Below are positions 7,976 through 16,506 of a stretch of 25,764 bases of DNA, piece by piece. The DNA comes from an uncultured Candidatus Babeliaceae bacterium (GTDB lineage: Bacteria > Babelota > Babeliae > Babelales > Babelaceae). Position 1 is the first letter of the stretch. Each line of letters starts with the position of its first letter. The translations under genes and the position numbers were made by a program. The notes under the pieces are model-generated. The model saw only the letters and a program-made list of their open reading frames with translations. It had not been told where the DNA came from and made no database searches. The DNA is taken from positions 1-25,764 of the forward strand of contig CAZWYO010000018.1 in the NCBI GenBank assembly GCA_964638315.1, in the 5' to 3' direction.

Positions 7976-9100
7976 ATGTTGCGATTTTACAAAGGATTCC
8001 TGCTAACCTTGCTCGTTTTTGCTATGCTGCTACCACACAAAACATGTGCCATGGACAAAAGAGAACCAACAAAACTTATCGAACTTCTCAAAAAAGGCGA
8101 ACAACAAGATGTGCTCTGTTACCTCTCAACCTGCAACCTGGATGAGATTAACAAAAAGGACCATGAAACAGGATCCACAGCACTGCAGCTGGCAGCGCGA
8201 AGAGGATATGTAGAGGTTATGAGAGTTTTACTTGAAAAAGGTGCCAAAGTAAATGAGAAGAATGAAGGGGTGGATTGGACAGCCCTACACTATGCTTTCA
8301 CTTTTGCGCCAGAGGAATTTATAGGGGCAATAGTCACCCTGTTACTCAAAAATGGCGCAGACCCAAATATCTCAGATATCGTTGGAACCACACCATTTGT
8401 TCAGGCATGTGAAAAACGCAAATACAAGGTAGTCGATCTCTTCTTCAACAAAACGATAACCTCCTTCAAGCCAGATCTTACAAAAAAAAGGCTTACCGGC
8501 CTTCCCCCTCTGATTGATATCCTCACCTCTGACGCGCCTCCACCAAAAATAGTAAAATTATTACTTAAAAATGGCGCCCATACAGGGATTCTTCACGTAG
8601 CAGGCAAGGAATATGCGCTTGCAGACTGGGTGAAAATTTTTAGGCCACAGAAAAAGTTCCCCAACTACCAGACCGAAACAATTGCCAATTGCCTTACAGT
8701 TGCCCTGCTAAAAAGGGAACTCGAATGGAAAATTAAGAAAAATAGCCCTGGAGTTCAACTGGAATCGCTCGCGCAAAGGCTCCGCGCCGCTGACAAAAAA
8801 TACTACAAAAGCTTTCTGATGCTCGCCTACTTTCAAAATCAATTTGAAAACACCTGCGCAAAACTCTGCTATATTTTTGACCCCCCGTACAGTAACGGGA
8901 TCATAGCCACAGTCGCAGAAGAGCTGCAAATCCGTACCACAAAAAACAACCCGATAATTAAACCTGATATTCAGATACATTTTAGGAAAACCTGCAGATG
9001 CCTCTCATGCAGAAAATTCAGACGCACACGGCCAACTATGCACCAGAAAAAACTACCAGACACGCCCTTTAAAATCGAATTGATGGAAATAAAAAACTGA
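7976..9100 (+). CDS. Ankyrin-repeat protein with N-terminal signal peptide (effector-like)
   Basis: AGAGGTG lies 6 nt before the ATG. Signal peptide MLRFYKGFLLTLLVFAMLLPHKTCA, and several ANK repeats such as GSTALQLAARRGYVEVMRVLLEKGAKVN. Confidence 0.8.
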   Translation: MLRFYKGFLLTLLVFAMLLPHKTCAMDKREPTKLIELLKKGEQQDVLCYLSTCNLDEINKKDHETGSTALQLAARRGYVEVMRVLLEKGAKVNEKNEGVDWTALHYAFTFAPEEFIGAIVTLLLKNGADPNISDIVGTTPFVQACEKRKYKVVDLFFNKTITSFKPDLTKKRLTGLPPLIDILTSDAPPPKIVKLLLKNGAHTGILHVAGKEYALADWVKIFRPQKKFPNYQTETIANCLTVALLKRELEWKIKKNSPGVQLESLAQRLRAADKKYYKSFLMLAYFQNQFENTCAKLCYIFDPPYSNGIIATVAEELQIRTTKNNPIIKPDIQIHFRKTCRCLSCRKFRRTRPTMHQKKLPDTPFKIELMEIKN

Positions 9101-9203
9101 ACGGGCCACTCTATTGCGCCGAAATAGATAATCTTGTTAAGTTGGTATTGGACATCCACGAGTAATCTAATTTGATTTGTGTCGAAAGACACAAGGAGGT
9201 TGT

Positions 9204-10367
9204 ATGCAAAAGCTCACCATTTTTTGTTGCATGCTACTAATCGTTGCCGTTGGCACCACGAACACCATGAAAAAAAACGGGGTATGTAAAAAAAGACTTC
9301 TCTACCTCGCCATCCAAGAGGACAATCTGGCCAATGTAAAGGGAATACTTGAAACAAACAAAAAGCTTATCAATGAACCTCTCAAAGATGGATTTGCGGC
9401 CCTTCATCTGGCTGTTTATTTCAAACAGATCGAGATTATCAAACATCTTTTAGGCCTTCCCACCATCAATGCAAACGTCCATCGCATCCTATGTGGGTCT
9501 GCGCAGGGAGTTACGCCCCTTCACCTTGTAGCAAATAATGGCTCACTAGAGATCATCAATCTACTGAGCACACATCAAAAAATCAGAATCAATATCCGTG
9601 ATGAGTGGCGACGCACACCGCTCCATTTTGCATCAGCGCAGGGTGCAGTAGCAATAATAGCTTATCTCTGCTCATTACCTGGGATTGCTATCAATATCCG
9701 CGACATGGAAGGTCTCTCCCCGCTGGCCTATGCTGTCAAGAGCGGTTCACTCGAAGCCGTTAAGACGCTATGTGGATGTCTCAAGATAAATCTTCTTTAT
9801 AGTGACTGGGAAAAATCGATCGCTCTACACCTCGCAGCAGGAAATAACGGGACCGATATTATAAATTTTTTTCTCTCTAAAGGGGTGCCTGTCGACATTA
9901 GAAATGAACTCGGTTTCACACCACTGCATGTCGCCTCATTTTGCGGAAATAAAGATGCGATAAACCAACTCATAAATTGCGGTGCAGATGTTAATGCTCT
10001 GACAAAAAAGAAAGAGAAGCCCATAGACCTCTGTTTTATGCGTGGGCACTACGCGGCGGCAGCCGATCTTCTGAAAAACGGCGCATATATGACCGAAGCG
10101 CTATGGAAAAAAGTCTGCAAAAATGGAAACTTTTCACCTGTCGTTGATGCCCTGATCATCGACCCTTTTGTGAAAATAGATGGTCCCAAGAAAAAAACAG
10201 ACCTTTATAAAAGCATACATATTGCCATAAAAAATAAACAAAACACGCCGCTAGAACGGGTTTTTCGGAAATATGTCCAACAAATCTCTCAGGGCTATGG
10301 GCCAAATATCGTTCTAACTGAAGAAGACCAGAAGATTGAAAAGCAGTATTTTAAACCCCTACTGTGA
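9204..10367 (+). CDS. Ankyrin-repeat protein with N-terminal signal peptide (effector-like)
   Basis: AAGGAGG sits just before the ATG. Signal peptide MQKLTIFCCMLLIVAVGTTNT, and at least six ANK repeats (…TPLHLVANNGSLEIINLL…, …TPLHVASFCGNKDAINQLINCGADVNA…). Confidence 0.8.
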   Translation: MQKLTIFCCMLLIVAVGTTNTMKKNGVCKKRLLYLAIQEDNLANVKGILETNKKLINEPLKDGFAALHLAVYFKQIEIIKHLLGLPTINANVHRILCGSAQGVTPLHLVANNGSLEIINLLSTHQKIRINIRDEWRRTPLHFASAQGAVAIIAYLCSLPGIAINIRDMEGLSPLAYAVKSGSLEAVKTLCGCLKINLLYSDWEKSIALHLAAGNNGTDIINFFLSKGVPVDIRNELGFTPLHVASFCGNKDAINQLINCGADVNALTKKKEKPIDLCFMRGHYAAAADLLKNGAYMTEALWKKVCKNGNFSPVVDALIIDPFVKIDGPKKKTDLYKSIHIAIKNKQNTPLERVFRKYVQQISQGYGPNIVLTEEDQKIEKQYFKPLL

Positions 10368-10379
10368 AGCCCAAAACTG

Positions 10380-10388
10380 TGGTATACT
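10380..10388 (+). promoter_or_regulatory. Extended -10 element TGgTATACT upstream of the SPFH gene
   Basis: TGn + TATACT lies about 40 nt upstream of the ATG at 10428. Confidence 0.3.
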
Positions 10389-10427
10389 AGACTCTAATCT
10401 ACTTTTTCATATTTTTTTGAGGACTAT

Positions 10428-11336
10428 ATGTCCATTATCATTGGCATCATAATCACACTCGCCGTCATAGCAATTATGTTGTTTTTCAGCTCCTTTGTTA
10501 TTGTTGAGCAGCAAAAATTAGTTATTGTACAACGCTTTGGCAAGTTTAGCCGTGTCCTACAGCCCGGCCTAAACTTTAAAATACCGGTCGTAGAACTCGT
10601 TGCCGGAACGGTGAACCTCCGGATTCGGCAGCTCGACGTGCGCGTCGAAACCAAAACTGAAGACAACGTGTTTGTTTTTGTTATCGTTTCGGTCCAGTAT
10701 TTTGTTGATCCAAAGGGCGTATACGAGGCTTTTTATAAGCTACAAAACCCAGAACAGCAGATAACGTCATTTGTGTTTGATGTCGTACGTGCACGCGTGC
10801 CACGGCTCAAACTTGACGATCTCTTTGAGAAAAAAGATGAAATTGCCATTGCCGTCAAGGACGAAATCACGCAAGTGATGAATGATTTTGGGTATATCAT
10901 TCTAAAAGCACTTATCACCGATATCGAACCTGACTCTAAGGTCAAGGCCTCCATGAACGAGATTAACACTGCGCAGCGGCTCCGCATTGCGGCCGTTGAA
11001 AAGGGCGAGGCTGAGCGTATCCTTAAAGTGAAATCGGCGGAAGCAGAAGCGCAGAGTAAAGCGCTACAGGGCAAGGGCATAGCAGATCAACGGCGCGCCA
11101 TTGTTGAGGGCCTGCGCGAGTCGGTAAGCGAATTTCAAGAGAGCGTCCCGGGGACATCTGCCCACGACGTGATGAACCTCGTGCTCATGACCCAGTACTT
11201 TGACACGCTCAAAGAGATCGGTGCATCATCAACCACAAACACCATTCTGATCCCCCACTCGCCCGGCAACTTATCAGATATTTCTGACCAGATGCGCAAT
11301 GCGATGATTACGGCGCAACAAGTTGGTAAAAAGTAG
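10428..11336 (+). CDS. SPFH/band-7 family membrane protein (stomatin/prohibitin-like)
   Basis: N-terminal TM helix followed by an SPFH core (VIVQRFGKFSRVLQPGLNFKIP…) and a C-terminal Ala/Glu-rich coiled coil. Confidence 0.8.
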   Translation: MSIIIGIIITLAVIAIMLFFSSFVIVEQQKLVIVQRFGKFSRVLQPGLNFKIPVVELVAGTVNLRIRQLDVRVETKTEDNVFVFVIVSVQYFVDPKGVYEAFYKLQNPEQQITSFVFDVVRARVPRLKLDDLFEKKDEIAIAVKDEITQVMNDFGYIILKALITDIEPDSKVKASMNEINTAQRLRIAAVEKGEAERILKVKSAEAEAQSKALQGKGIADQRRAIVEGLRESVSEFQESVPGTSAHDVMNLVLMTQYFDTLKEIGASSTTNTILIPHSPGNLSDISDQMRNAMITAQQVGKK

Positions 11337-11443
11337 GCGACAAAACAAGAATTTTTTTCAATCTATTGCGCCTTGGGCCATCTCTCTGTTAAATTCAGAA
11401 TAGTTAAGTTCATGTATAGACTATTTTAAAAAATGGAGAGACC

Positions 11444-11656
11444 GTGAAACATTCGGCAGTATTAATCGTTGTCCTTGTGCTATCTGCTGTTGGGTCTTGT
11501 TGGATCCAGGCGGCCAAAGGCACTAGAGAAACAAAAAAGAAAATAATGGCCACAAGCCCAGAGTTTTTTCAGGATCCCCGCAAGATCCTCAGGGAAAAAT
11601 ATCGTCGCGAATTCGCAGAATATAACTATAACAACTCGAAAAAACAGACCCATTAA
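11444..11656 (+). CDS. Small hypothetical secreted protein or lipoprotein (70 aa)
   Basis: GTG start with GGAGAG upstream. Hydrophobic leader MKHSAVLIVVLVLSAVGSC, then a basic tail. Coding status is uncertain. Confidence 0.35.
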   Translation: MKHSAVLIVVLVLSAVGSCWIQAAKGTRETKKKIMATSPEFFQDPRKILREKYRREFAEYNYNNSKKQTH

Positions 11657-11696
11657 TATTTTTCACGACACGACACTATTGTGATCGTCAAATAAC

Positions 11697-11705
11697 CTGC
11701 TATAA
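11697..11705 (+). promoter_or_regulatory. Extended -10 element TGcTATAAT upstream of the HAD-like gene
   Basis: TGn + TATAAT lies about 30 nt before the ATG at 11737. Confidence 0.3.
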
Positions 11706-11736
11706 TACTTTTTTTATTGGTCTTAGAGACCAGAGA

Positions 11737-12474
11737 ATGCCACAGGGAAGAGAGGAACCTATGCAACCGTCCAATCTCATTTATACAATCGAAGACCTTG
11801 GCGATCTGGTGCCATTTTTGAATCGCAATAATAGTGCTCGCACACTCATGATATTTGACATAGATGATACACTCATACGGATGTGCGATCATCAAGCATC
11901 AGGAACTTGGTATAGAGAGGCTCACGACGAACTTACGGCTCAGGGGAAGTCTGCAGAAGAAGCAAAGTTCATTCTTTTTCAGACACACATCTCCGCCCTA
12001 TACCGCACACCGGTCGAATTGGTAAACAAAAAAATATCAGAACATATCAGCATGTTAAGCGAAAACAAGGTTACCACCATCTGCCTTACCGCACGCGAAG
12101 GACGCTGCCTTCTTTATGCAACGCTCAGGCATCTGAACGATGCGCATATCAACTTCATGCAGAGCGAGGAATGTCTAAAAAAGACACTCTTTTTCCCCGA
12201 AATACCTGATTGCGACATCATCTATTCATCTGGAATACTCTTCACCGGCGGCGCAAACAAAGGAGAGGTTCTTGAGCTCTTTTTTAAAAAAACTGGCTAC
12301 CTACCAACACATATAATCTTTGTCGACGACTCTTTAGTTAATGTCGAGGCGGTCAGCATAAGCGCCAAGAAAATGGGAATAGCGTTCGATGGTTTTCATT
12401 TTACTGGCGTTAAAATACCCCTTACAGAACCAACTTTTGTGGTACATAAGAAACCAATCCAACCAGAGCGGTAA
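11737..12474 (+). CDS. HAD-superfamily phosphatase-like protein (paralog A of 13156-13920); alternative start at 11761
   Basis: HAD motifs: I FDIDDTLIR, II LTAR, III K in GGANKGE, IV HIIFVDDSL. Clear paralogy with the gene at 13156. The ATG at 11761 has the better SD (AGAGGA). Confidence 0.7.
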   Translation: MPQGREEPMQPSNLIYTIEDLGDLVPFLNRNNSARTLMIFDIDDTLIRMCDHQASGTWYREAHDELTAQGKSAEEAKFILFQTHISALYRTPVELVNKKISEHISMLSENKVTTICLTAREGRCLLYATLRHLNDAHINFMQSEECLKKTLFFPEIPDCDIIYSSGILFTGGANKGEVLELFFKKTGYLPTHIIFVDDSLVNVEAVSISAKKMGIAFDGFHFTGVKIPLTEPTFVVHKKPIQPER

Positions 12475-12571
12475 GCCGCTTGACGCCCAGATGTGGTCTG
12501 ATTTTTATTGATTTTCGCCAAACATGCCTGGTACGATAAATATAGGTCGTACAAAATGGAAGGTTATGGTT

Positions 12572-13081
12572 ATGAAAAATATACGTATGTTCATGGTGAT
12601 TATGTTTCTGACATGGGCAAGTGGCGCTTTCTCGCGGCTCACGGAGTTCCTCCCCTCAGACAACGAATACAGTCAAAACCAAGGCAAACAAACAACTAAG
12701 CTCGATATCAAGACCATAGAACTCGAAAACAAACTCCGCGACAAGTACAATATGTCACGTGACCAAGAAAAAAAACTACGCGAAGAGCTGGCCAATCTAG
12801 AACAGAAAAAAGCTGCCGAAGAGAGAATGACAAAGCATCTCAACGAACTTGGTGCACTCGATGCAGCACTCAAGTGCAATGTCGAGATACTTAAACAGAT
12901 TAACGATGAGATACGACGACTAAAAAATCTTAAGTCCCATAAAAAAACCGCTAGCATCTTAAAAGATATCAAGAAACAGACGCGGGACCTAAAAAAGCAA
13001 CAAGGCAAACTTGATGATGTGGTAAAAGCTCTTATTAAAAAAAGAGATGGTGTTCAGCTGAAAATCAAGAAAATAGCCTAA
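12572..13081 (+). CDS. Secreted coiled-coil protein, K/E/L-rich
   Basis: GGAAGG lies 8 nt before the ATG. Signal peptide MKNIRMFMVIMFLTWASGAFS. The rest reads as heptad-like K/E/L-rich sequence. Confidence 0.6.
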   Translation: MKNIRMFMVIMFLTWASGAFSRLTEFLPSDNEYSQNQGKQTTKLDIKTIELENKLRDKYNMSRDQEKKLREELANLEQKKAAEERMTKHLNELGALDAALKCNVEILKQINDEIRRLKNLKSHKKTASILKDIKKQTRDLKKQQGKLDDVVKALIKKRDGVQLKIKKIA

Positions 13082-13155
13082 CCATTTGCACCCTGCTGTC
13101 AATCGCGTTATCATAAACTTATAAGTACCACCAAATATCCTTATAAAAGGTTTTT

Positions 13156-13920
13156 ATGTATATCATGAGAAGCGCACTATGCGCGATTGTTTTTTTATGC
13201 GCCCCGCTGCACACATATATTCGCGAAACTGACTCACTAGTCGATATAGTCGATATAGGTGATCAAAATACCCTCGTTGTTTTCGATCTTGACGACACCC
13301 TCATCCGCGGTTTTGGCGCAGCAACTGACGAATGGTTCAGAGCACACGTAAAAGAACTTGTTGACGCAGGTAAGACCGCCAGTGAAGCGATTGATATGGT
13401 CCTGCCCGCCTACGCCGCAGCACAGTGCACCACCAGAGTGCAGTTTGTTGAAAACAGCGCGCCAGATATTCTTACTGAGCTGCGTACACGAAAAATTCGC
13501 ACCATCGCGCTCACCTCACGCGGCAGAAAAGAGCTCTTTGCCGCAACATTCCGACAATTTTCTGATCTTGGCATCACGCTTAAACAGGACGACCCCGCAT
13601 GGCAACAGATGTTCACGCTCGAGCCGCTACGCGGGGAGACACGCTATCAGGATGGGATCATTTTCTGTGATGGGAATAACAAAGGGGCCGCCCTTGAAGT
13701 TTTTTTTGAACGACTCGGTTACCGCCCCACCCATATTATTTTTGTCGATGACTCTCTCGGCAACCTTCAGGCCGTTGAGAAGCTCGCAGAAAAGCTCCAT
13801 ATTCGCTTTAATGGATTCCACTATTTGCGTGTGCAACACGGGCTTTTGGATCAGCCGATTCTCACGCCGTCTTATGCGTCATCAACGCCTTCCAGCCAAC
13901 AGGAAACCTCGGTTCAATAA
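13156..13920 (+). CDS. HAD-superfamily phosphatase-like protein with signal peptide (paralog B of 11737-12474)
   Basis: Signal-like N-terminus MRSALCAIVFLCAPLHT, then FDLDDTLIR … GIIFCDGNNKGAALEVFFERLGYRPTHIIFVDDSL, collinear with paralog A. There is a 59-bp convergent overlap with thyX. Confidence 0.7.
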   Translation: MYIMRSALCAIVFLCAPLHTYIRETDSLVDIVDIGDQNTLVVFDLDDTLIRGFGAATDEWFRAHVKELVDAGKTASEAIDMVLPAYAAAQCTTRVQFVENSAPDILTELRTRKIRTIALTSRGRKELFAATFRQFSDLGITLKQDDPAWQQMFTLEPLRGETRYQDGIIFCDGNNKGAALEVFFERLGYRPTHIIFVDDSLGNLQAVEKLAEKLHIRFNGFHYLRVQHGLLDQPILTPSYASSTPSSQQETSVQ

Positions 13921-14554
13921 TCTGTGAAACGAGTGAAGCGTAGACCCCTATCTCCCGCTGGGCATTTGGGGCAAGCCGGAGCCCCGCAAGACGTGCATAG
14001 CCAGCAAGACTCGCTGTCTCAATGAACTCGGTATACATAGATTGCGGCAGAATAAGACGGGCCTGTTCAGGGCAGACACCCTGTTTGAGAAGACTATTAT
14101 AATAGGCCACAGATTGTGCGACAAATTCGCGCATTTCGGCAACAAGTTCGTCACTTTTTTCAACGAGATTTGCGCTCGATCCCTGTTTGACATTTGCGTC
14201 ACACTGGCGCAGGGACGCCGGCACAAAACATTCCGGTTCGCTCGTCACATAGCGGCGCGAGACCTCGTTGCGGCAAAAGCCGACCGTGTGCCGGTACCAC
14301 TCACGCGCAATAAAGATCGGCATGCGAATACGGAACCGAAGCTGCGGATGAAAGAATGGCGCGATATGTCTATGTTTTGCCAAATAATCGATAAGTTGAG
14401 CATCCCGCTCGGCAAGCACGTCATGCCCATCGACATGCTCAAAAGCTGACTCTTTATTAAACGAAACCCGGGCGGCATTTACGATGGTAAGATCATTACC
14501 AAAGCATTCGATAAGTTCGACAAAACCAATATTATCTGTGAGAAACAACTTCAT
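13862..14554 (-). CDS. thyX: Flavin-dependent thymidylate synthase ThyX
   Basis: GFVELIECFGNDLTIVNAARVSF and PIFIAREWYRHTVGFCRNEVSRRY align with the ThyX N-terminal and RHR-X7-8-S motif regions. GAGGG lies 5 nt before the ATG. Confidence 0.85.
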   Translation of the reverse strand: MKLFLTDNIGFVELIECFGNDLTIVNAARVSFNKESAFEHVDGHDVLAERDAQLIDYLAKHRHIAPFFHPQLRFRIRMPIFIAREWYRHTVGFCRNEVSRRYVTSEPECFVPASLRQCDANVKQGSSANLVEKSDELVAEMREFVAQSVAYYNSLLKQGVCPEQARLILPQSMYTEFIETASLAGYARLAGLRLAPNAQREIGVYASLVSQIIEPRFPVGWKALMTHKTA

Positions 14555-14575
14555 GTTCTACCCTCTCTTTTTTTA

Positions 14576-15721
14576 TCACACTTTTTTGCCAAGTATCAAT
14601 CGGTAGACCGCCTCGGCAACTCGCGGTGTGTCGTTAAGATCGCCACTGTAGGGCACATCAGGCTTATACGCCTCGTTATTCCCGCGCAAACGGCCCCGAT
14701 ATACTTTTATAGGAAATGTAAACATCCCCTGGCCGCTCGGCAGCTTCTCGCTGCGCACCTCCATGTAGAAGGTGTCTGCACCCGTCTGCTCCCCAAAGAG
14801 AATAACCGGATGTTTTAGATGCTTGAGCTCATCTATAAAATCGAGACATGCGCTGACACAGGCATGGTCAATTATGACAAAAATAGGGGCAGTAACGGGA
14901 TTGGGCACCTGCTTGATGTGAGGTTTATACTCACCCTTCGGCACCCGAACCAGCTTATCACCATGCTCAGATGCGGTCTTCATAGTCTGGTAGAACTCGT
15001 CATAACCGCGTGCAAGCTCACTCTCTTTACCAAAATCTTTTGCACAACCCTGCGCGATTTTTTTGATATGCAAAAGGTTGCCAGCGCTCACGCGATAATC
15101 AAGAGCGATCTTTTCCCAGAGCTCGTAGCGCTGCTGTTGGGCGTAGGAAGGAGAAAAGAGCTCTGAAATTATCTGACCGCTCCATGCAGAATTACCGCCC
15201 GTATTGCCATGCAGATCAAAAATAATCGCTCTGTAGTGGCGCAGATGCACCAACATCTTAAACATCTCAGCAAGCCGACCCTTCTGCTCCTCTCCGCCAA
15301 GCTCAAAGGTTGGTATCCGGATCCATGCTACGTGAGGGGCAATCTCATCAAAAGCTACCAGCTTTTTCGGGTCCTGTTTTTCTGTTTTAGTGGCGGTTTT
15401 CGCTTTTTTCTTTAGTGGACCGGTCCGAAGATGGCTGTCATGGAAACTGCTGACAAACGACTTAACAACGGCCTCATAACCATCGTGATCGATAATAGTA
15501 GTGAGGGCATTAAGGGCATTCTGGTAAGCAGCTTCAAGATTTTGGGAAAAATGCGGGTCTTCGGCATTGACGGGGCCCGGATGATTTTCAAGGATCTGAG
15601 CACGCATAAAATCGAGGTCCTGCCGCGCCATGCGCTGCCAGTAACTGCCGTCTTCATCGCACCCACAGAAGAGGGTGACCAATAAAACTAGAGATGTGGA
15701 CAAGAGATAGTTTTTGTTCAT
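14576..15721 (-). CDS. S41-family (C-terminal processing/tail-specific) peptidase-like lipoprotein
   Basis: Signal peptide MNKNYLLSTSLVLLVTLFCGC. IFDLHGNTGGN resembles the S41 DLR.N.GG motif and IDHACVSACLDF resembles the S41 G.SASA(S)E active-site region. The family call is tentative. Confidence 0.5.
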   Translation of the reverse strand: MNKNYLLSTSLVLLVTLFCGCDEDGSYWQRMARQDLDFMRAQILENHPGPVNAEDPHFSQNLEAAYQNALNALTTIIDHDGYEAVVKSFVSSFHDSHLRTGPLKKKAKTATKTEKQDPKKLVAFDEIAPHVAWIRIPTFELGGEEQKGRLAEMFKMLVHLRHYRAIIFDLHGNTGGNSAWSGQIISELFSPSYAQQQRYELWEKIALDYRVSAGNLLHIKKIAQGCAKDFGKESELARGYDEFYQTMKTASEHGDKLVRVPKGEYKPHIKQVPNPVTAPIFVIIDHACVSACLDFIDELKHLKHPVILFGEQTGADTFYMEVRSEKLPSGQGMFTFPIKVYRGRLRGNNEAYKPDVPYSGDLNDTPRVAEAVYRLILGKKV

Positions 15722-15791
15722 CTTCGCACCGTATCGGTTTCTATAAAAGAGTTAACGCTTAGTAGCAGTTTACCGGAAAACGGTCAGTTTT

Positions 15792-16007
15792 TCACGAGAG
15801 TTTTTTGGCCTGTTTTTTGGCGCTAAACCAGCAGGTGCAAATTGCCAAGACAACGCCTGTGGTAGCAACCACACAGCTAACACCGACCTGAACGCCTCCC
15901 ACTATCGTTTCGATGGTCTTGCAGGCTCCATCGCACACCGCATGGCTCACGCACGAGCTGCATCCAAGTGAAAGCACTAACCCAATCAACAGAAGATTTT
16001 TTTTCAT
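15792..16007 (-). CDS. Small Cys-rich lipoprotein/membrane peptide (71 aa, 8 Cys)
   Basis: Lipobox LSLGC. The mature part is CSSCVSHAVCDGAC, a hydrophobic helix and a KKQAKKLS tail. The ORF-track extension to 16073 was trimmed to the ATG at 16007. Confidence 0.4.
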   Translation of the reverse strand: MKKNLLLIGLVLSLGCSSCVSHAVCDGACKTIETIVGGVQVGVSCVVATTGVVLAICTCWFSAKKQAKKLS

Positions 16008-16076
16008 ATTTTTAGATCCGCTATTATTAACCATTACTAGTAAAATAATAGCGGATAAACGACGTTTTTGCAAGAT

Positions 16077-16484
16077 TCAACGCCCCCGATGTTTCGCCTT
16101 GCGCTTTTGCTGTGCCAACTCAAATTTTCTCATTTTCTCTTCTTCACAAACTTCTTTTGACTGCCGCTTGCGCTCACCCTTTTGGGCTTCAAGATCTCGC
16201 TTGAATGCCTCCTGCGCTTTGGTACCAACTCCAACTGCAACTTCTTTGCGGACCAGACGCTGCAGACGCTTGGGATTTATTCGTTTCTCGCTCTCGGGAT
16301 CAGCTTCAACTGGACGTGTAAATTGCAAATTGCTGTAGCTACTCTGTACAAATGCAAGCACCTGGCAGTCGGCCGGTTCTACACCGAAAGTCACACGTGC
16401 AACCTCAAGTTGGTCATCATGAAGACGCTCAAAAACACCGACCCAGAACTGGTCGTCAAAAAAAATAGTAAGACGGCTCTTCAT
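16077..16484 (-). CDS. Conserved hypothetical protein, DUF2992-like (FDDQFWVGVFER motif) with basic C-terminal tail
   Basis: N-terminus MKSRLTIFFDDQFWVGVFERLHDDQLEVARVTFGVEP resembles the DUF2992/YjdF-like family from memory. AGGAGGG lies 8 nt before the ATG. Confidence 0.45.
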   Translation of the reverse strand: MKSRLTIFFDDQFWVGVFERLHDDQLEVARVTFGVEPADCQVLAFVQSSYSNLQFTRPVEADPESEKRINPKRLQRLVRKEVAVGVGTKAQEAFKRDLEAQKGERKRQSKEVCEEEKMRKFELAQQKRKAKHRGR

Positions 16485-16506
16485 TGTTTTGGCCCTCCTG
16501 TCCCAC

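Noticed and set aside
9103-9115. 11-mer TCTATTGCGCC shared between 9105 and 11365
   Set aside because: The match is short and its flanks are unrelated. By my rough count, on the order of 100 11-mer matches this short would occur by chance across both strands of a window this size.
13358-13927. 189-aa alternate-frame ORF overlapping the HAD-like paralog
   Set aside because: The other frame carries the complete, paralog-supported HAD motif set. This frame is Pro/Ser/Arg-rich and has no recognisable features.
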